From Actinomycetota bacterium (lineage in GTDB: Bacteria > Actinomycetota > UBA4738): a stretch of 64,000 bases of DNA. The notes beneath the pieces were generated by a model that ran no database searches, was not told the DNA's origin, and saw nothing but the letters and a program-made list of their open reading frames with translations. Numbering within the stretch: the first letter of the stretch is position 1; each line of letters starts with the position of its first letter. The stretch covers positions 2,333 to 66,332 of the forward strand of contig DATLZQ010000002.1 in the NCBI GenBank assembly GCA_035573915.1, in the 5' to 3' direction. Shown here in pieces: positions 26,190-37,674 of the stretch. Position numbers and translations under genes: made by a program.

Positions 26190-28234
26190 GCGCGCGGGAG
26201 CGGGCCCGGCTGGTCGGGCGTCGCCTGGGGCGGGCCCTGGACCGGGCCAGCCCGCGCCGGGCCCGCGAGCCAGAGGACGCGGTCCGAAAGGAGCTGGTCC
26301 CGCCGGGGGCCGTGGAGGGGCCCGTCCCCAGCGAGCCGGCCGAACCGTCCGAGGCCGAGCTCGGCGGGGGCGCCCTCCGCCTCCTGCGGCGGGGGCTGCG
26401 GGAGACCCCCGAGCTGCGGGCGGGCCTCGGCTTCACGGTGGTCATGGCCCTGGCCCTCACGGCGGGCCGGGTCCTCGTCCCGGTCCTCGTCCAGCAGACC
26501 CTGGACCGGGGGCTGGCCGGTCCGGGCGGCTTCCGTCCCCGCCTGGTGTATACGGCCGCCGCCGGGGCGGCCGTCCTGGTGGGCCTCCTCTACCTCGTGG
26601 GGCGGGCCACCTACCTCCGGCTGGTGCAGCGGGCCGAGGCGGCCTTGGCCGCGCTGCGGGTCCGGGCCTTCGAGCACATCCACCGGCTCTCCATCGCCGA
26701 GCAGACCGCCGAACGCCGGGGGACCTTCGTGGCGCGGGTCACGGCCGACGTGGACGCCCTGGTCCAGTTCCTGGACTGGGGCGGGATCCAGTGGATCACG
26801 GCCTCCGCCCTCATGCTGGGAGCGGCCGGGGCCATGGTGGCGTACTCCTGGCGGTTGGCCCTGGTGGTGTTGCCCGTGGTGGTGCCGCTGTTCTTGCTCA
26901 TGCGGCGGATGCAGCGGGGGATGCTCGCGGCGTACGACCGGGTGCGGACCCGAGTGGGGGAGACCCTCGCCCAGGTCTCCGAGAGCCTCATGGGGGCGGC
27001 CGTGGTCCGGGCCTACGGCCTGGAGGAGCGGGTGAACCGCCGGCTCCGGGAGGCCATCGGGCGACGGTACCGGGCGGAGATGCGGGCCGCCAGGTACATG
27101 GCCACCATCTTCCCCATGGCCGACCTGTTCGGCACCCTGACCGTGGCCGCCGCGGTGGGCGTGGGGGCCTGGTTCGGCCCGGGGTGGGGGCTGTCCGTGG
27201 GTCGGCTGGTGGCGTTCGCCTTCCTGGTGAACATGTTCGTCCAGCCCCTCTCGGAGCTCTCGGAGACTTTCGACCAGACCCAGCAGGCCATCGCGGGGTG
27301 GCGGAAGGTCCTGGGGGTCCTGGACCTCCCGGTGGACCTCCCCGAGCCCTCCTCTGGGGTGGACCTCCCCGCGGGGGCCCTCTCCGTCCGGGTGGAGGGG
27401 GTGACCTTCGCCTACCGCGACGGAGGAGGCCTCGTGCTCGGGGGGATCGACCTCGAGGTCCCGGCCGGGGCCCACGTGGCGGTGGTGGGCGAGACCGGCT
27501 GCGGGAAGACCACCTTCGCCAAGCTCCTGGGCCGCCTGGCCGACCCCGTCTCCGGCCGGATCCTCGTGGGCGGGGTCGACCTCCGGGAGGTCTCTCCGGC
27601 TTCCAGGCGCCGGGCCATCCGGATGGTCCCCCAGGACGGGTTCCTGTGGGACACGACGGTCCGAGAGAACGTCCGGTTCGGGCGGGCGGGGGCCACCGAC
27701 GAGGAGGTCGAGGCGACCTTCCGGTCCCTGGGGCTGGAGGCGTGGGTGCGGAGCCTGCCCCTCGGGCTGGACACCCCCGTCGGCGAGCGGGGCGAGAGCC
27801 TGTCCGTGGGCGAGCGGCAGCTCGTGGCGCTGGCCCGGGCCCAGCTCGCCGACCCCGGGCTGCTCATCCTAGACGAGGCCACGAGCGCGGTGGACCCCGA
27901 GACCGAGAGGGCCCTGTCCCGGGCCCTGGCCCGGCTGTCGGAGGGCCGGACCACGGTCACCATCGCCCACCGGCTGTCCACCGCCGAGGCGGCCGACGAG
28001 GTCCTGGTCTTCGACCGGGGCAGGGTCGTGGAGCGGGGGACCCACGCCGAGCTCGTGGCCCGGGGCGGGGTGTACGCCTCCCTTTACCGGAGCTGGCTCG
28101 GCAACGTCGAGGCGGGGGAGGCCGGGCCCGGCTCGGTCCACCCCGGGCACCTCGACGGGCGGGTCCGCCTGGGCGGCTCCCCCACGGCCTCCAACCCCCG
28201 GCGGACGTCCTCGAACGTCTCCCAGGGGCGGTAG
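26186..28234 (+). CDS. ABC exporter, fused permease-ATPase (half-transporter 2); C-terminal 45 aa tail doubtful
   Basis: GTG overlaps the upstream stop. NBD motifs GETGCGKTT, LSVGERQLVALARA, LILDEATSAVD. Low-complexity tail after ...LYRSWLGN overlaps the convergent HAD gene by about 150 nt. Confidence 0.75.
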   Translation: MSARERARLVGRRLGRALDRASPRRAREPEDAVRKELVPPGAVEGPVPSEPAEPSEAELGGGALRLLRRGLRETPELRAGLGFTVVMALALTAGRVLVPVLVQQTLDRGLAGPGGFRPRLVYTAAAGAAVLVGLLYLVGRATYLRLVQRAEAALAALRVRAFEHIHRLSIAEQTAERRGTFVARVTADVDALVQFLDWGGIQWITASALMLGAAGAMVAYSWRLALVVLPVVVPLFLLMRRMQRGMLAAYDRVRTRVGETLAQVSESLMGAAVVRAYGLEERVNRRLREAIGRRYRAEMRAARYMATIFPMADLFGTLTVAAAVGVGAWFGPGWGLSVGRLVAFAFLVNMFVQPLSELSETFDQTQQAIAGWRKVLGVLDLPVDLPEPSSGVDLPAGALSVRVEGVTFAYRDGGGLVLGGIDLEVPAGAHVAVVGETGCGKTTFAKLLGRLADPVSGRILVGGVDLREVSPASRRRAIRMVPQDGFLWDTTVRENVRFGRAGATDEEVEATFRSLGLEAWVRSLPLGLDTPVGERGESLSVGERQLVALARAQLADPGLLILDEATSAVDPETERALSRALARLSEGRTTVTIAHRLSTAEAADEVLVFDRGRVVERGTHAELVARGGVYASLYRSWLGNVEAGEAGPGSVHPGHLDGRVRLGGSPTASNPRRTSSNVSQGR

Positions 28235-28866
28235 GGCACCCCTTCCGCCCAGCACAGCTCCGCCAGCTGGTCCTTGGCGAACACGAGGTCGGCGTAGAGG
28301 GCGCCGTAGCGGTCGGAGTGGCCCTCGCCCACGAAGGCCACCGGGCCCAGCCGCTCCCGGCGGTCGAGGACGGCCCGCATCTTGCAGGTCCCGCACCCCA
28401 CGCACGCCTCGTGGGCGTGAGGGAAGGCGAACCGCGGGCCTTCGGGCTCGAACCGCACCTCGTTGGTGAGGACCGGGACCCAGGCCAGGCCGGCACGCCG
28501 CAGCATGGGCTCGACGTAGAACCCCATCCCGTCGCTGGCCACGACCAGCTCCAGCCCGCGCCCCCGGGCCCACTCGGCGAAGGGCCGGAAGGTCGGGTCC
28601 AGAGGGAAGCGCTCCAGGGCGAAGGCCAGCATCTCCTCCTGCGTGGCCCGCACCATCCGGGCCTGGCGGACCAGGCACTCCCGGGACCCCACCTCGCCCC
28701 GCTGGAAGGCGAGGTCCACCTCCCACCAGCCGGGCTCGGCGAAGGCCCCCAGGAGCTCCTCCGAGACGTCCTTGGGGCAGACGGTCCCGTCGAAGTCCAC
28801 GACGACGGCGGCCACGGGCAGCGGCGTCACGGGAGCAGCGTGGCGGAACGGGGCCCGGGGTGGCAA
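28084..28866 (-). CDS. HAD-superfamily phosphatase, subfamily IB (MtnX-like)
   Basis: VVVDFDGTVC motif I, CVGCGTCK pair, EGHSDRY region. TTG/GTG start uncertain. Confidence 0.6.
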   Translation of the reverse strand: MPPRAPFRHAAPVTPLPVAAVVVDFDGTVCPKDVSEELLGAFAEPGWWEVDLAFQRGEVGSRECLVRQARMVRATQEEMLAFALERFPLDPTFRPFAEWARGRGLELVVASDGMGFYVEPMLRRAGLAWVPVLTNEVRFEPEGPRFAFPHAHEACVGCGTCKMRAVLDRRERLGPVAFVGEGHSDRYGALYADLVFAKDQLAELCWAEGVPYRPWETFEDVRRGLEAVGEPPRRTRPSRCPGWTEPGPASPASTLPSQLR

Positions 28867-28877
28867 CCTCTTGCCTC

Positions 28878-29618
28878 ATGGACGTGCGGGGGAGGACGGC
28901 CCTGGTCACCGGGGCCTCCGGGGGCATCGGGCGGGCCACGGCCCTCGAGCTGGCCCGGCTGGGGGCCTTCGTCAAGCTGACCGGCCGGGCCGAGGCCGCC
29001 CTGCGGGAGGCGGCCCGGGCCACGGGGGGCACCTACCTCGTGGCCGACCTGGCCCGTCCCGAGGAGGTGGACCGCCTGGCGGCCTGGGCCGGGGACGTGG
29101 ACGTCCTCGTCAACAACGCGGGGGTGGGGTGGGCCGGGCGGTTCGCGGAGATGCCCCCGGAGCGGGCCGAGGAGGTCGTGGCCGTGAACCTCCTGGCCCC
29201 CCTCCGGCTCACCCGGGCCCTGCTCCCCGGCATGCTGGCCCGGGGCCGAGGCCACGTGGTGAACGTGGCCTCTATCGCCGGCCACGTGGGCCCCGGGGAG
29301 GAGGCGGTGTACGCGGCCACCAAGGCCGCCCTCATCGCGTTCAGCGAGAGCCTCCGCTACGAGCTGGCCGGGACGGGGGTGGGGGTGAGCGTGGTCTCGC
29401 CCGGGGTGGTCCGGACGGCCTTCTTCGACCGGGAGGGAAGTCCCTACGCCCGCCGCTTCCCGCGCATGGTCGGCCCTGAGGTGGTGGCCCGGGCGGTGGT
29501 CCGGGCCGTTCGGGAGGAGCGGGCGGAGGTCTTCGCCCCTCGCTGGTTCGCCCTCCCCGCCTGGCTGCGGGGGGCGTTCCCGGGCCTCTACCGGCGGCTG
29601 CAGGGGCGATTCGGCTGA
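28878..29618 (+). CDS. Short-chain dehydrogenase/reductase (SDR) family oxidoreductase
   Basis: TGASGGIG Rossmann motif, NNAG, catalytic YAATK. Confidence 0.8.
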   Translation: MDVRGRTALVTGASGGIGRATALELARLGAFVKLTGRAEAALREAARATGGTYLVADLARPEEVDRLAAWAGDVDVLVNNAGVGWAGRFAEMPPERAEEVVAVNLLAPLRLTRALLPGMLARGRGHVVNVASIAGHVGPGEEAVYAATKAALIAFSESLRYELAGTGVGVSVVSPGVVRTAFFDREGSPYARRFPRMVGPEVVARAVVRAVREERAEVFAPRWFALPAWLRGAFPGLYRRLQGRFG

Positions 29619-29727
29619 CGGGCGGGCTCGCCCCGGCTGCCGGCCGCCGCCGGCTCAGGCTCCCTGCCGGCCGGAAGGTCAGGCCCCGGGCTGCCGGCCG
29701 GAGGGTCAGGCCCCTCTCCGGCGGTGG

Positions 29728-30498
29728 TCAGGCCCCCGGGGCGCCCGCTCCCTCCGCCCAGCGGCGGAGGACGGCCGCCACCTCCGCCGGGCCCGCGGCC
29801 AGGGCGTCCGCCGCCGTCCCTTCGGGCGGTGGGCCGTCCCGGACCACCCGCACCGTCCGCATGCCGAGGGCCCGCGCGGGGGCGATGTCGTCCCGCTCCG
29901 AGTTGCCCACCATGACGCAGGCTTCTGGGGGAGCGCCGGCCACCCGGAGGGCCGACTCGAACACGGCCCGGTGGGGCTTGCGGAGCCCCACGTCCACCGA
30001 GGTGACGGCCCCGTCCAGCAGGGCCCGCAGCCCGAACCGCTCGAAGTCCTCCAGGTACTCGGCCCCGGTCCGCAGGTAGGTGTTCGACACGAGGACGGCC
30101 CGGAGGCCCAGCCGGCGGACCTCCCGCAGGAGCTCCGGGACCCCGGGGAACAGGTAGTCGGGGGAGGCGGGGACGATCAGGGCCCGGCGGAGGGCGTCCA
30201 GCCCCGCGGGGGGCGGCTCCAGGCCGAGGGCCCGGAGGGCCGCCGCCAGCTCGCCCTGGGTGTCCTGGGCGAGGTCCTCCGGGGCGCCGGGCCCCTCGTA
30301 GCGGCGCTGGAAGCGGGCGTGGACCTCGCGGATGAGGGCCCGGGCGAGGTCGGCGGACAGGCCCGGCAGGGCCCGGCGGACCGCCTCCACCTGGTGGTCG
30401 CCCTCGGCCCCCGGCAGGGGGAACCCGTCGGGCCACAGCGTCCCCCCGACGTCGAGCAGGACGGCCCGCGGGGGGGAGGCCGGCGGACGGTTCGACAC
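29728..30498 (-). CDS. HAD-family hydrolase
   Basis: LLDVGGTLW motif I, VSNT motif II, K...GNSERDD motif III/IV. GTG start at 30498 assumed. Confidence 0.65.
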   Translation of the reverse strand: MSNRPPASPPRAVLLDVGGTLWPDGFPLPGAEGDHQVEAVRRALPGLSADLARALIREVHARFQRRYEGPGAPEDLAQDTQGELAAALRALGLEPPPAGLDALRRALIVPASPDYLFPGVPELLREVRRLGLRAVLVSNTYLRTGAEYLEDFERFGLRALLDGAVTSVDVGLRKPHRAVFESALRVAGAPPEACVMVGNSERDDIAPARALGMRTVRVVRDGPPPEGTAADALAAGPAEVAAVLRRWAEGAGAPGA

Positions 30499-30514
30499 GG
30501 CCGGGGGTGTGGCC

Positions 30515-32071
30515 TCAGGCCCCGGCCGGGAGCGCCGCCAGGCCACCGGCCAGGCTGTAGGCCTGGTACCCTCGGGCCCGGAGCTCCCTGGCCAGGACCT
30601 CCGAGCGCACCCCTGCCGTGCAGACCAGGACGTAGGTGCGGTCGCGGTCCAGCGTCTCCAGGGAGTCCAGGGCCGTGCTGAACGGAAGCCGCAGGTCCCC
30701 CACCGGCGGCCCCTCGTGAGGCTCCCGCACGTCCACCACCACCGCGTCCCGCGGCACCCGGTCCACCACGTGCTCGGGGAGGCCCGACCGCTCCCACCGC
30801 CGGAGCGAGACCACCCACCGCCGGTCCACGGCCCCCCGAATCCAGGCCTCGGACAGGGGGTGGGAGGCGTCCCCGGCCTCGGCCTCCGCGAGGGGCCGCC
30901 CCTCCGGGCCCAGGTCAGGCTGGGGCAGGCGCTCCGCCGCCCGGACCTCCTCCAGCGCCGCCCAGGTCTCCACGGGCCCCGTGGCGATCGAGCAGTGCTC
31001 CTGGACGGCGGCGGAGGCGGCGAACGTCCCGATGGCCCGGGCCGTGGCCATGATCTCCTCCTTGTCCATCCCCACCAGCGGGCGGAGGACAGGCACCGTG
31101 GCGGCCTCCTCGCACACGGCCAGGTTGCGCAGGGTCTGGGTGGAGACCTGGCCCAGCGACTCCCCGGTGACCACGGCCTCCGCCCCCAGGAGCTCGGCCA
31201 GGCGGCTGGCCGCGCGGTACATGGCCCGCTTGAGCAGGACCTGCCGCAGCCTGGGCGGGACCCGCCGGATGAGCTCGAGGACCACCGGGGTGAGGTCCAC
31301 CACGTGGGCCCGGACCTCGACCCCGGGGGCCCACCGGAGGGCCAGCTCCCGCGCCACGGTCAGGGCCTGGTCCAGCTCGCCGCAGCCCCCCAGGTCGCAG
31401 TGGAGAAGGTCCACCCGCACCCCGCGCCGCATGACCCGCCAGGCGGCCACGGGAGAGTCGAAGCCCCCGGAGAAGAGCACCACGGCCCGCCCGCCGGAGC
31501 CCAGGGGCAGCCCGCCCGGGCCAGGCACGGAGTCGAGGACGGCGAAGGCCCGGTCGTCCACGACCTCCACCGCCACCGTGACCTCGGGCTGCTCGAGGTC
31601 CACCCGGGAGGCGAACGGGAGCAGGGCCGCCCCCAGCTCCACCGCCACATCTTGGGAGGTGAAGTCGTGCCGCCCCTGGCGGCGGGCCCGGACGGCGAAC
31701 GACCGCCCGGCCACCCGGTCCCGGTACAGGGGGGTCAGGGCCTCCACCAGGGAGGCCAGGGAGTCGAACCGGACCTCCAGGACCTCGTCCACCGAATGCA
31801 CCCCGAACACCCGGGAGAGGACGTCGCGGGCCGCTGGGAGGTGGGCGGCGTTCACGAGGAGGCGGCTCCACTCGGGACGGACGGACCCCCTCACCCCCGC
31901 CGCCTCCAGGGCCAGCCGGGCGTTGCGGGCGAGGACCCGCAGGAACCGGCGGCGGGTCCGGGTCGACTTCGTGCCGATCTCGCCGGCCAGCCGGACGAAC
32001 AGCCGCCGTCCGACCACGTGGGCCGGCCGCGAGCCAAGAACTTCCGTTCGGGCCTCTTCGCGCGCTTCCAT
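30515..32071 (-). CDS. thiI: tRNA 4-thiouridine synthase ThiI with C-terminal rhodanese domain
   Basis: THUMP region, PP-loop LFSGGFDSPVAA, C-terminal rhodanese with CTAGVRS active-site Cys loop. Confidence 0.8.
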   Translation of the reverse strand: MEAREEARTEVLGSRPAHVVGRRLFVRLAGEIGTKSTRTRRRFLRVLARNARLALEAAGVRGSVRPEWSRLLVNAAHLPAARDVLSRVFGVHSVDEVLEVRFDSLASLVEALTPLYRDRVAGRSFAVRARRQGRHDFTSQDVAVELGAALLPFASRVDLEQPEVTVAVEVVDDRAFAVLDSVPGPGGLPLGSGGRAVVLFSGGFDSPVAAWRVMRRGVRVDLLHCDLGGCGELDQALTVARELALRWAPGVEVRAHVVDLTPVVLELIRRVPPRLRQVLLKRAMYRAASRLAELLGAEAVVTGESLGQVSTQTLRNLAVCEEAATVPVLRPLVGMDKEEIMATARAIGTFAASAAVQEHCSIATGPVETWAALEEVRAAERLPQPDLGPEGRPLAEAEAGDASHPLSEAWIRGAVDRRWVVSLRRWERSGLPEHVVDRVPRDAVVVDVREPHEGPPVGDLRLPFSTALDSLETLDRDRTYVLVCTAGVRSEVLARELRARGYQAYSLAGGLAALPAGA

Positions 32072-32166
32072 GGGGAGGAACCGTGGGCCGGTCGGGCTTC
32101 GTTCGGGCCCTGAACGACCCTAGCACACCGGCCCCGGTCCTCCCGGGCCTCGCCCTGGCGCCGGGC

Positions 32167-33546
32167 TCAGCGGGCGGGCGTGCCGCTCGGCTCCAGCTCG
32201 GCCCACGGGCCGGCCTCCTGGTCAGGCTCGGGCGGTGCGCCGCGGTCCGGCTCCGAGGGAGCCGCCCGCTCCGGCCCCGGGGCCCCGACCAGGCCCTCGC
32301 CCCCGTGCACCCCGGCCACGGCCGCCGGGGCGAGGTGGTAGCCGACCTCCCGATGCTGCGAGACGTCGAGGCCCGCCGTCTCCTCCTCCTCGCTCACCCG
32401 CAGGCCGAGGAGGGCGTCGCAGGCCCGGGCCAGGAGCAGCGTGACCAAGAACGAGTAGGCCCCGGTGGCGGCCACGGCCCCCGCCTGCCGTCCCACCTGG
32501 GCCACGCTCCCGTCGGCCCCGGTCGGGTTGACGGCGAGGCTCGCGAAGGCGCCCGTGAGGAGGGCCCCCACCAGGCCGCCCACCAGGTGGACCCCCACCA
32601 CGTCCAGGGAGTCGTCGTAGCCCAGGCGGCCCTTGACGTCGACCGCGGCGAAGCAGACCACCCCGGCGGTGAACCCGATGGCCAGGGCCCCCCAGGGGCC
32701 CACGAAGCCCGAGGCCGGGGTGATGGCCACGAGCCCTGCCACGGCCCCGGTGGCCGCGCCCACCGTGGTGGGCCGACCATGGCGGAGCCACTCGGGCAGC
32801 AGCCATCCGAGCATGGCGGCGGCCGCCCCGAGGTGCGTCACGCTGAAGGCGGTGGCGGCCAGGCCGCTCGCCGTGAGGGCGCTCCCGGCGTTGAACCCGA
32901 ACCATCCGAACCAGAGGATGCCGGCCCCCAGCACCACCAGGGGCACGTTGTGAGGGACGAAGGCCTCCTGACCGTACCCCCGGCGCCGGCCCAGGTACAG
33001 GGCCATGGCCAGGGCGGCCGCCCCCGCGTTCACGTGGACGACAGTCCCCCCGGCGAAGTCGAGGGCCCCCAGCCCGGCCGGGCCCAGGAACCCTCCGCCC
33101 CACACCCAGTGGGCCACGGGGGCGTACACGAAGAGGGACCACAGGGCGAGGAACAGGAGGTAGCCCGAGAACCTCATCCGCTCGGCGAAGGCCCCGGTGA
33201 TGAGGGCCGGGGTGATGACGGCGAACATGAGCTGGAAAGCCATGAAGGCCTGGGCGGGCACGGTGGGGGCGAGGGGGCTCGGTTCGGCCCCCACCCCGGA
33301 CAGCCCGACGAAGTCCAGCCTCCCGATCACCCGGCCCAGGTCCGGCCCGAAGGCCAGCGTGTAGCCGAGGAGCATCCAGAGGACGCTCACCACGGCCAGG
33401 GCCACGAAGGACTGCATGATGGTGGCCAGGACGTTCTTGGCCCGGACCAGCCCCCCGTAGAAGAGCGCCAGGCCGGGCGTCATGAACATGACCAGCGCGG
33501 CCGCGGCCAGAAGCCACGCCGTGTCGCCCGTGTCGACCGCAGGCAT
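32167..33546 (-). CDS. amt: Ammonium transporter (Amt family)
   Basis: 459 aa, 11 TM. Signature DFAGGTVVHVNAGAAALA, twin-His region. Confidence 0.85.
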   Translation of the reverse strand: MPAVDTGDTAWLLAAAALVMFMTPGLALFYGGLVRAKNVLATIMQSFVALAVVSVLWMLLGYTLAFGPDLGRVIGRLDFVGLSGVGAEPSPLAPTVPAQAFMAFQLMFAVITPALITGAFAERMRFSGYLLFLALWSLFVYAPVAHWVWGGGFLGPAGLGALDFAGGTVVHVNAGAAALAMALYLGRRRGYGQEAFVPHNVPLVVLGAGILWFGWFGFNAGSALTASGLAATAFSVTHLGAAAAMLGWLLPEWLRHGRPTTVGAATGAVAGLVAITPASGFVGPWGALAIGFTAGVVCFAAVDVKGRLGYDDSLDVVGVHLVGGLVGALLTGAFASLAVNPTGADGSVAQVGRQAGAVAATGAYSFLVTLLLARACDALLGLRVSEEEETAGLDVSQHREVGYHLAPAAVAGVHGGEGLVGAPGPERAAPSEPDRGAPPEPDQEAGPWAELEPSGTPAR

Positions 33547-33651
33547 CCCGCACCTCCCGTCGTCGGCTCGTCGTTGCGGCAGGTTGTAGCCGACGGAGGT
33601 TTCGGGCCGATTTCGGGGGTGTTTCCGACCGGTTAATTCCCGGACGGGTGG

Positions 33652-34080
33652 TCAGGCCGGGGGGGAGGCGGCTCGCTGCTCCAGGCCGCTCTTGAGCAGC
33701 CAGGCCTGGACGATCACGTCGTGGATGAGCTTCGCCGGGGACCCCTTGAGCAGGTAGGCGTAGGCCTCGACCTCGGCGGCGCTGCGCTCGGGGAGGGGCC
33801 CCTCGTAGGCGGTGAGGATGACCACCTGGGTGAAGGGGAGGGAGGCCCGGATGGCCCGCGTGGCCTCGAACCCGCCCATCCCGGGAAGCCGGAGGTCCAT
33901 GAGGACCACGTCCGGACGACGCTCCAGGGCCAGCCGCACTCCCTCCTCGCCGTCGGCGGCCTCCCCCACCACCGCCATCCCCTCCGCCTCCAGGAGCTCG
34001 CGCAACAGCGCGCGCTCGGTGGGGTCGTCCTCCACGAGCAGCAGGCGGGGAGATCGGTGGGTGTGCACTGGAGGGCTCAT
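33652..34080 (-). CDS. Single-domain response regulator (CheY-like receiver)
   Basis: ATG 34080 after GAGGGA. LLLVEDDP, D in VVLMDLRLPGMGG, T/K region ILTAY...K. Confidence 0.7.
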   Translation of the reverse strand: MSPPVHTHRSPRLLLVEDDPTERALLRELLEAEGMAVVGEAADGEEGVRLALERRPDVVLMDLRLPGMGGFEATRAIRASLPFTQVVILTAYEGPLPERSAAEVEAYAYLLKGSPAKLIHDVIVQAWLLKSGLEQRAASPPA

Positions 34081-34306
34081 CCGATCGGTCCCTCGTATCT
34101 TCCGACCCCCGACCGGCGCCCGCATCGGACCTTCGACCTAACTTGGCGGTGACGGCCACGAGGCCGGCTCCCGGGGCCGCCCGGGGTGGCCCGCTCCTTG
34201 AATTCGCTGGCAGCGGCCCCTATCCTTGCGGTGGCTTCCCCTGAGGTCGGCTTCGGAGCCGCCTTGCCCGGGGCGCGCTCCAGGCCCCGAGCGGAAAGGA
34301 GCGTGC

Positions 34307-35800
34307 ATGGCCACCTGGGCACCGCCGCGCCCTGCCACGGCCGGCGAGAACTTCCTCGACCGCTACTTCCGGATCTCGGAGCGGGGGTCGACGGTCCGCA
34401 CGGAGCTCATCGCCGGTGCGGCCACGTGGCTCACCATGGCCTACATCATCTTCGTCAACCCCTCCATCCTGGGCACCATCCCGGACCGGCTGGGGAACTT
34501 CGTCTCCGGCGGGCCCCAGTTCGAGGCGGGGAAGGTGGCCGCGGCCACCGCCCTGGTGGCCGGGGTCCTGACCCTGCTCATGGGGGTCTACGCCAATTAC
34601 CCCTTCGCCATGGCCGCCGGCCTGGGCCTCAACGCCTTCGTCACCTTCACCCTGGTGGGGACGTTCCAGCTGACCTGGCCCCAGGCCATGGGGGTCATCG
34701 TGTGGGAGGGGCTCATGATCACCCTCCTCGTCCTCACCCGGTTCCGCGAGTACGTGATGGACGCCATCCCCATGGACCTCAAACGGGCCATCGGCGTGGG
34801 GATCGGGGCGTTCATCGCCTTCATCGGGCTGGTCAACGCCGGGATCGTCGTCCACCCGGAAGCCGGGCCCATCGTCACCCTCAACCCCGACCTCCGAAGC
34901 CTCAAGATCCTGGTCTTCGTCATTGGCCTGGCCATCACGATGATCCTGGTGGCCCGCCGGGTGAAGGGGGCCCTGCTCGGGGGCATCGTCCTCACCACCG
35001 TCGTGGCGGCCATCATCAACGTGGGCTTCACCGGCTCCACTCTGTACCCGCCCGGGGTGGCCGAGCTCCCGGAGCGGATCGTCTCCGTCCCCGACCTGTC
35101 CATCGTCGGGAACTTCTCCCTGAACCTTCAGGGCATCGCCATCGGGACGGCCATGGCCCTGGTCATCTCGGTCATGCTGTCCGACTTCTTCGACACGATG
35201 GGGACCGTGGTGGGGATTGCGGGGGAGGCCGGGCTCCTGGACCGGGAGGGCAAGCTCCCGGGGATCCAGCGGGTCCTGCTGGTGGACTCGCTGGGAGCGG
35301 CCGCGGGCGGCGCCGCCTCGGTCTCCTCCAACACCACCTACATCGAGAGCGCGGCCGGCGTCTCCGAGGGCGGCCGGACCGGCCTGACCTCCGTGGTGAC
35401 GGCGGTCCTGTTCTTCGCCGCCCTGTTCCTGGCCTCCCTGGCCGGTACCATTCCCTCGGAAGCCACGGCCCCAGTCCTCATCATGGTGGGCTACTTCATG
35501 ATGACCATCGTGAAGGACATCAACTGGTCCGACGCCGCCCTGGGGATCCCGGCCCTCGTCACCATCCTCATGCAGCCCCTCACGTTCAGCATCACCAACG
35601 GGGTGGGAGCGGGGTTCATCGCCTACACTGTGATCCGGCTCCTCCAGGGGGACGGGGTCCGGGATACGGCCTTCTTCCTCGGGGCCCTGGCCCGTGGGCG
35701 GTGGGCCGAGCTGCGGGACCGGCAGTGGCGCCTCCACCCGATCATGCTGCTCGTGTCGGGTATCTTCGGCTGGTACTTCTGGAAGGGACTGCTGGCCTGA
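34307..35800 (+). CDS. NCS2-family purine permease (AzgA-like adenine/guanine/hypoxanthine permease)
   Basis: ATG 34307 after GAAAGGAGCG. 497 aa, about 13 TM, AzgA-type N-terminus [18 protein letters not shown]. Confidence 0.8.
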   Translation: MATWAPPRPATAGENFLDRYFRISERGSTVRTELIAGAATWLTMAYIIFVNPSILGTIPDRLGNFVSGGPQFEAGKVAAATALVAGVLTLLMGVYANYPFAMAAGLGLNAFVTFTLVGTFQLTWPQAMGVIVWEGLMITLLVLTRFREYVMDAIPMDLKRAIGVGIGAFIAFIGLVNAGIVVHPEAGPIVTLNPDLRSLKILVFVIGLAITMILVARRVKGALLGGIVLTTVVAAIINVGFTGSTLYPPGVAELPERIVSVPDLSIVGNFSLNLQGIAIGTAMALVISVMLSDFFDTMGTVVGIAGEAGLLDREGKLPGIQRVLLVDSLGAAAGGAASVSSNTTYIESAAGVSEGGRTGLTSVVTAVLFFAALFLASLAGTIPSEATAPVLIMVGYFMMTIVKDINWSDAALGIPALVTILMQPLTFSITNGVGAGFIAYTVIRLLQGDGVRDTAFFLGALARGRWAELRDRQWRLHPIMLLVSGIFGWYFWKGLLA

Positions 35801-35816
35801 GGCGCCGAGACCCGGG

Positions 35817-35851
35817 GACGGAAGGGGGCGCCTCCGGGCGCCCCTTCCGTC
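35817..35851 (+). terminator. Strong stem-loop (16/15-nt arms, loop TCCG) between permease and next gene
   Basis: GACGGAAGGGGGCGCC tccg GGCGCCCCTTCCGTC. Near-perfect inverted repeat immediately after the permease stop. No U-tract. Confidence 0.45.
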
Positions 35852-35876
35852 TGAACCGAACGAAACGGAGGACCGG

Positions 35877-37385
<1,509 letters not shown>

Positions 37386-37674
37386 GCCGGTCCCCGGCCC
37401 GCGCTACGCCCGGCCCCCGGGGCCGTCCTCCAGCTCGACCCTGGTGACGACCTTGGTGGCCCCTCGGGCGAAGGCCACCCGGTGCACCCGGTCCAGCAGG
37501 GCCAGGACGTCCTCGAGGGGCCCCCGCACGGTGGTCCCCAGGGGCCCCACGTCCGCTTCCAGACCCGAACGCCGGGTCTCTTCCAGGGCCGCCTGCACGT
37601 AGGGCTCCAGCCGCTCGGTGACGAAGGGGTAGATCGTGAACTCCCCCACGGCCACCGGGTCCCGCCGGCCCATC

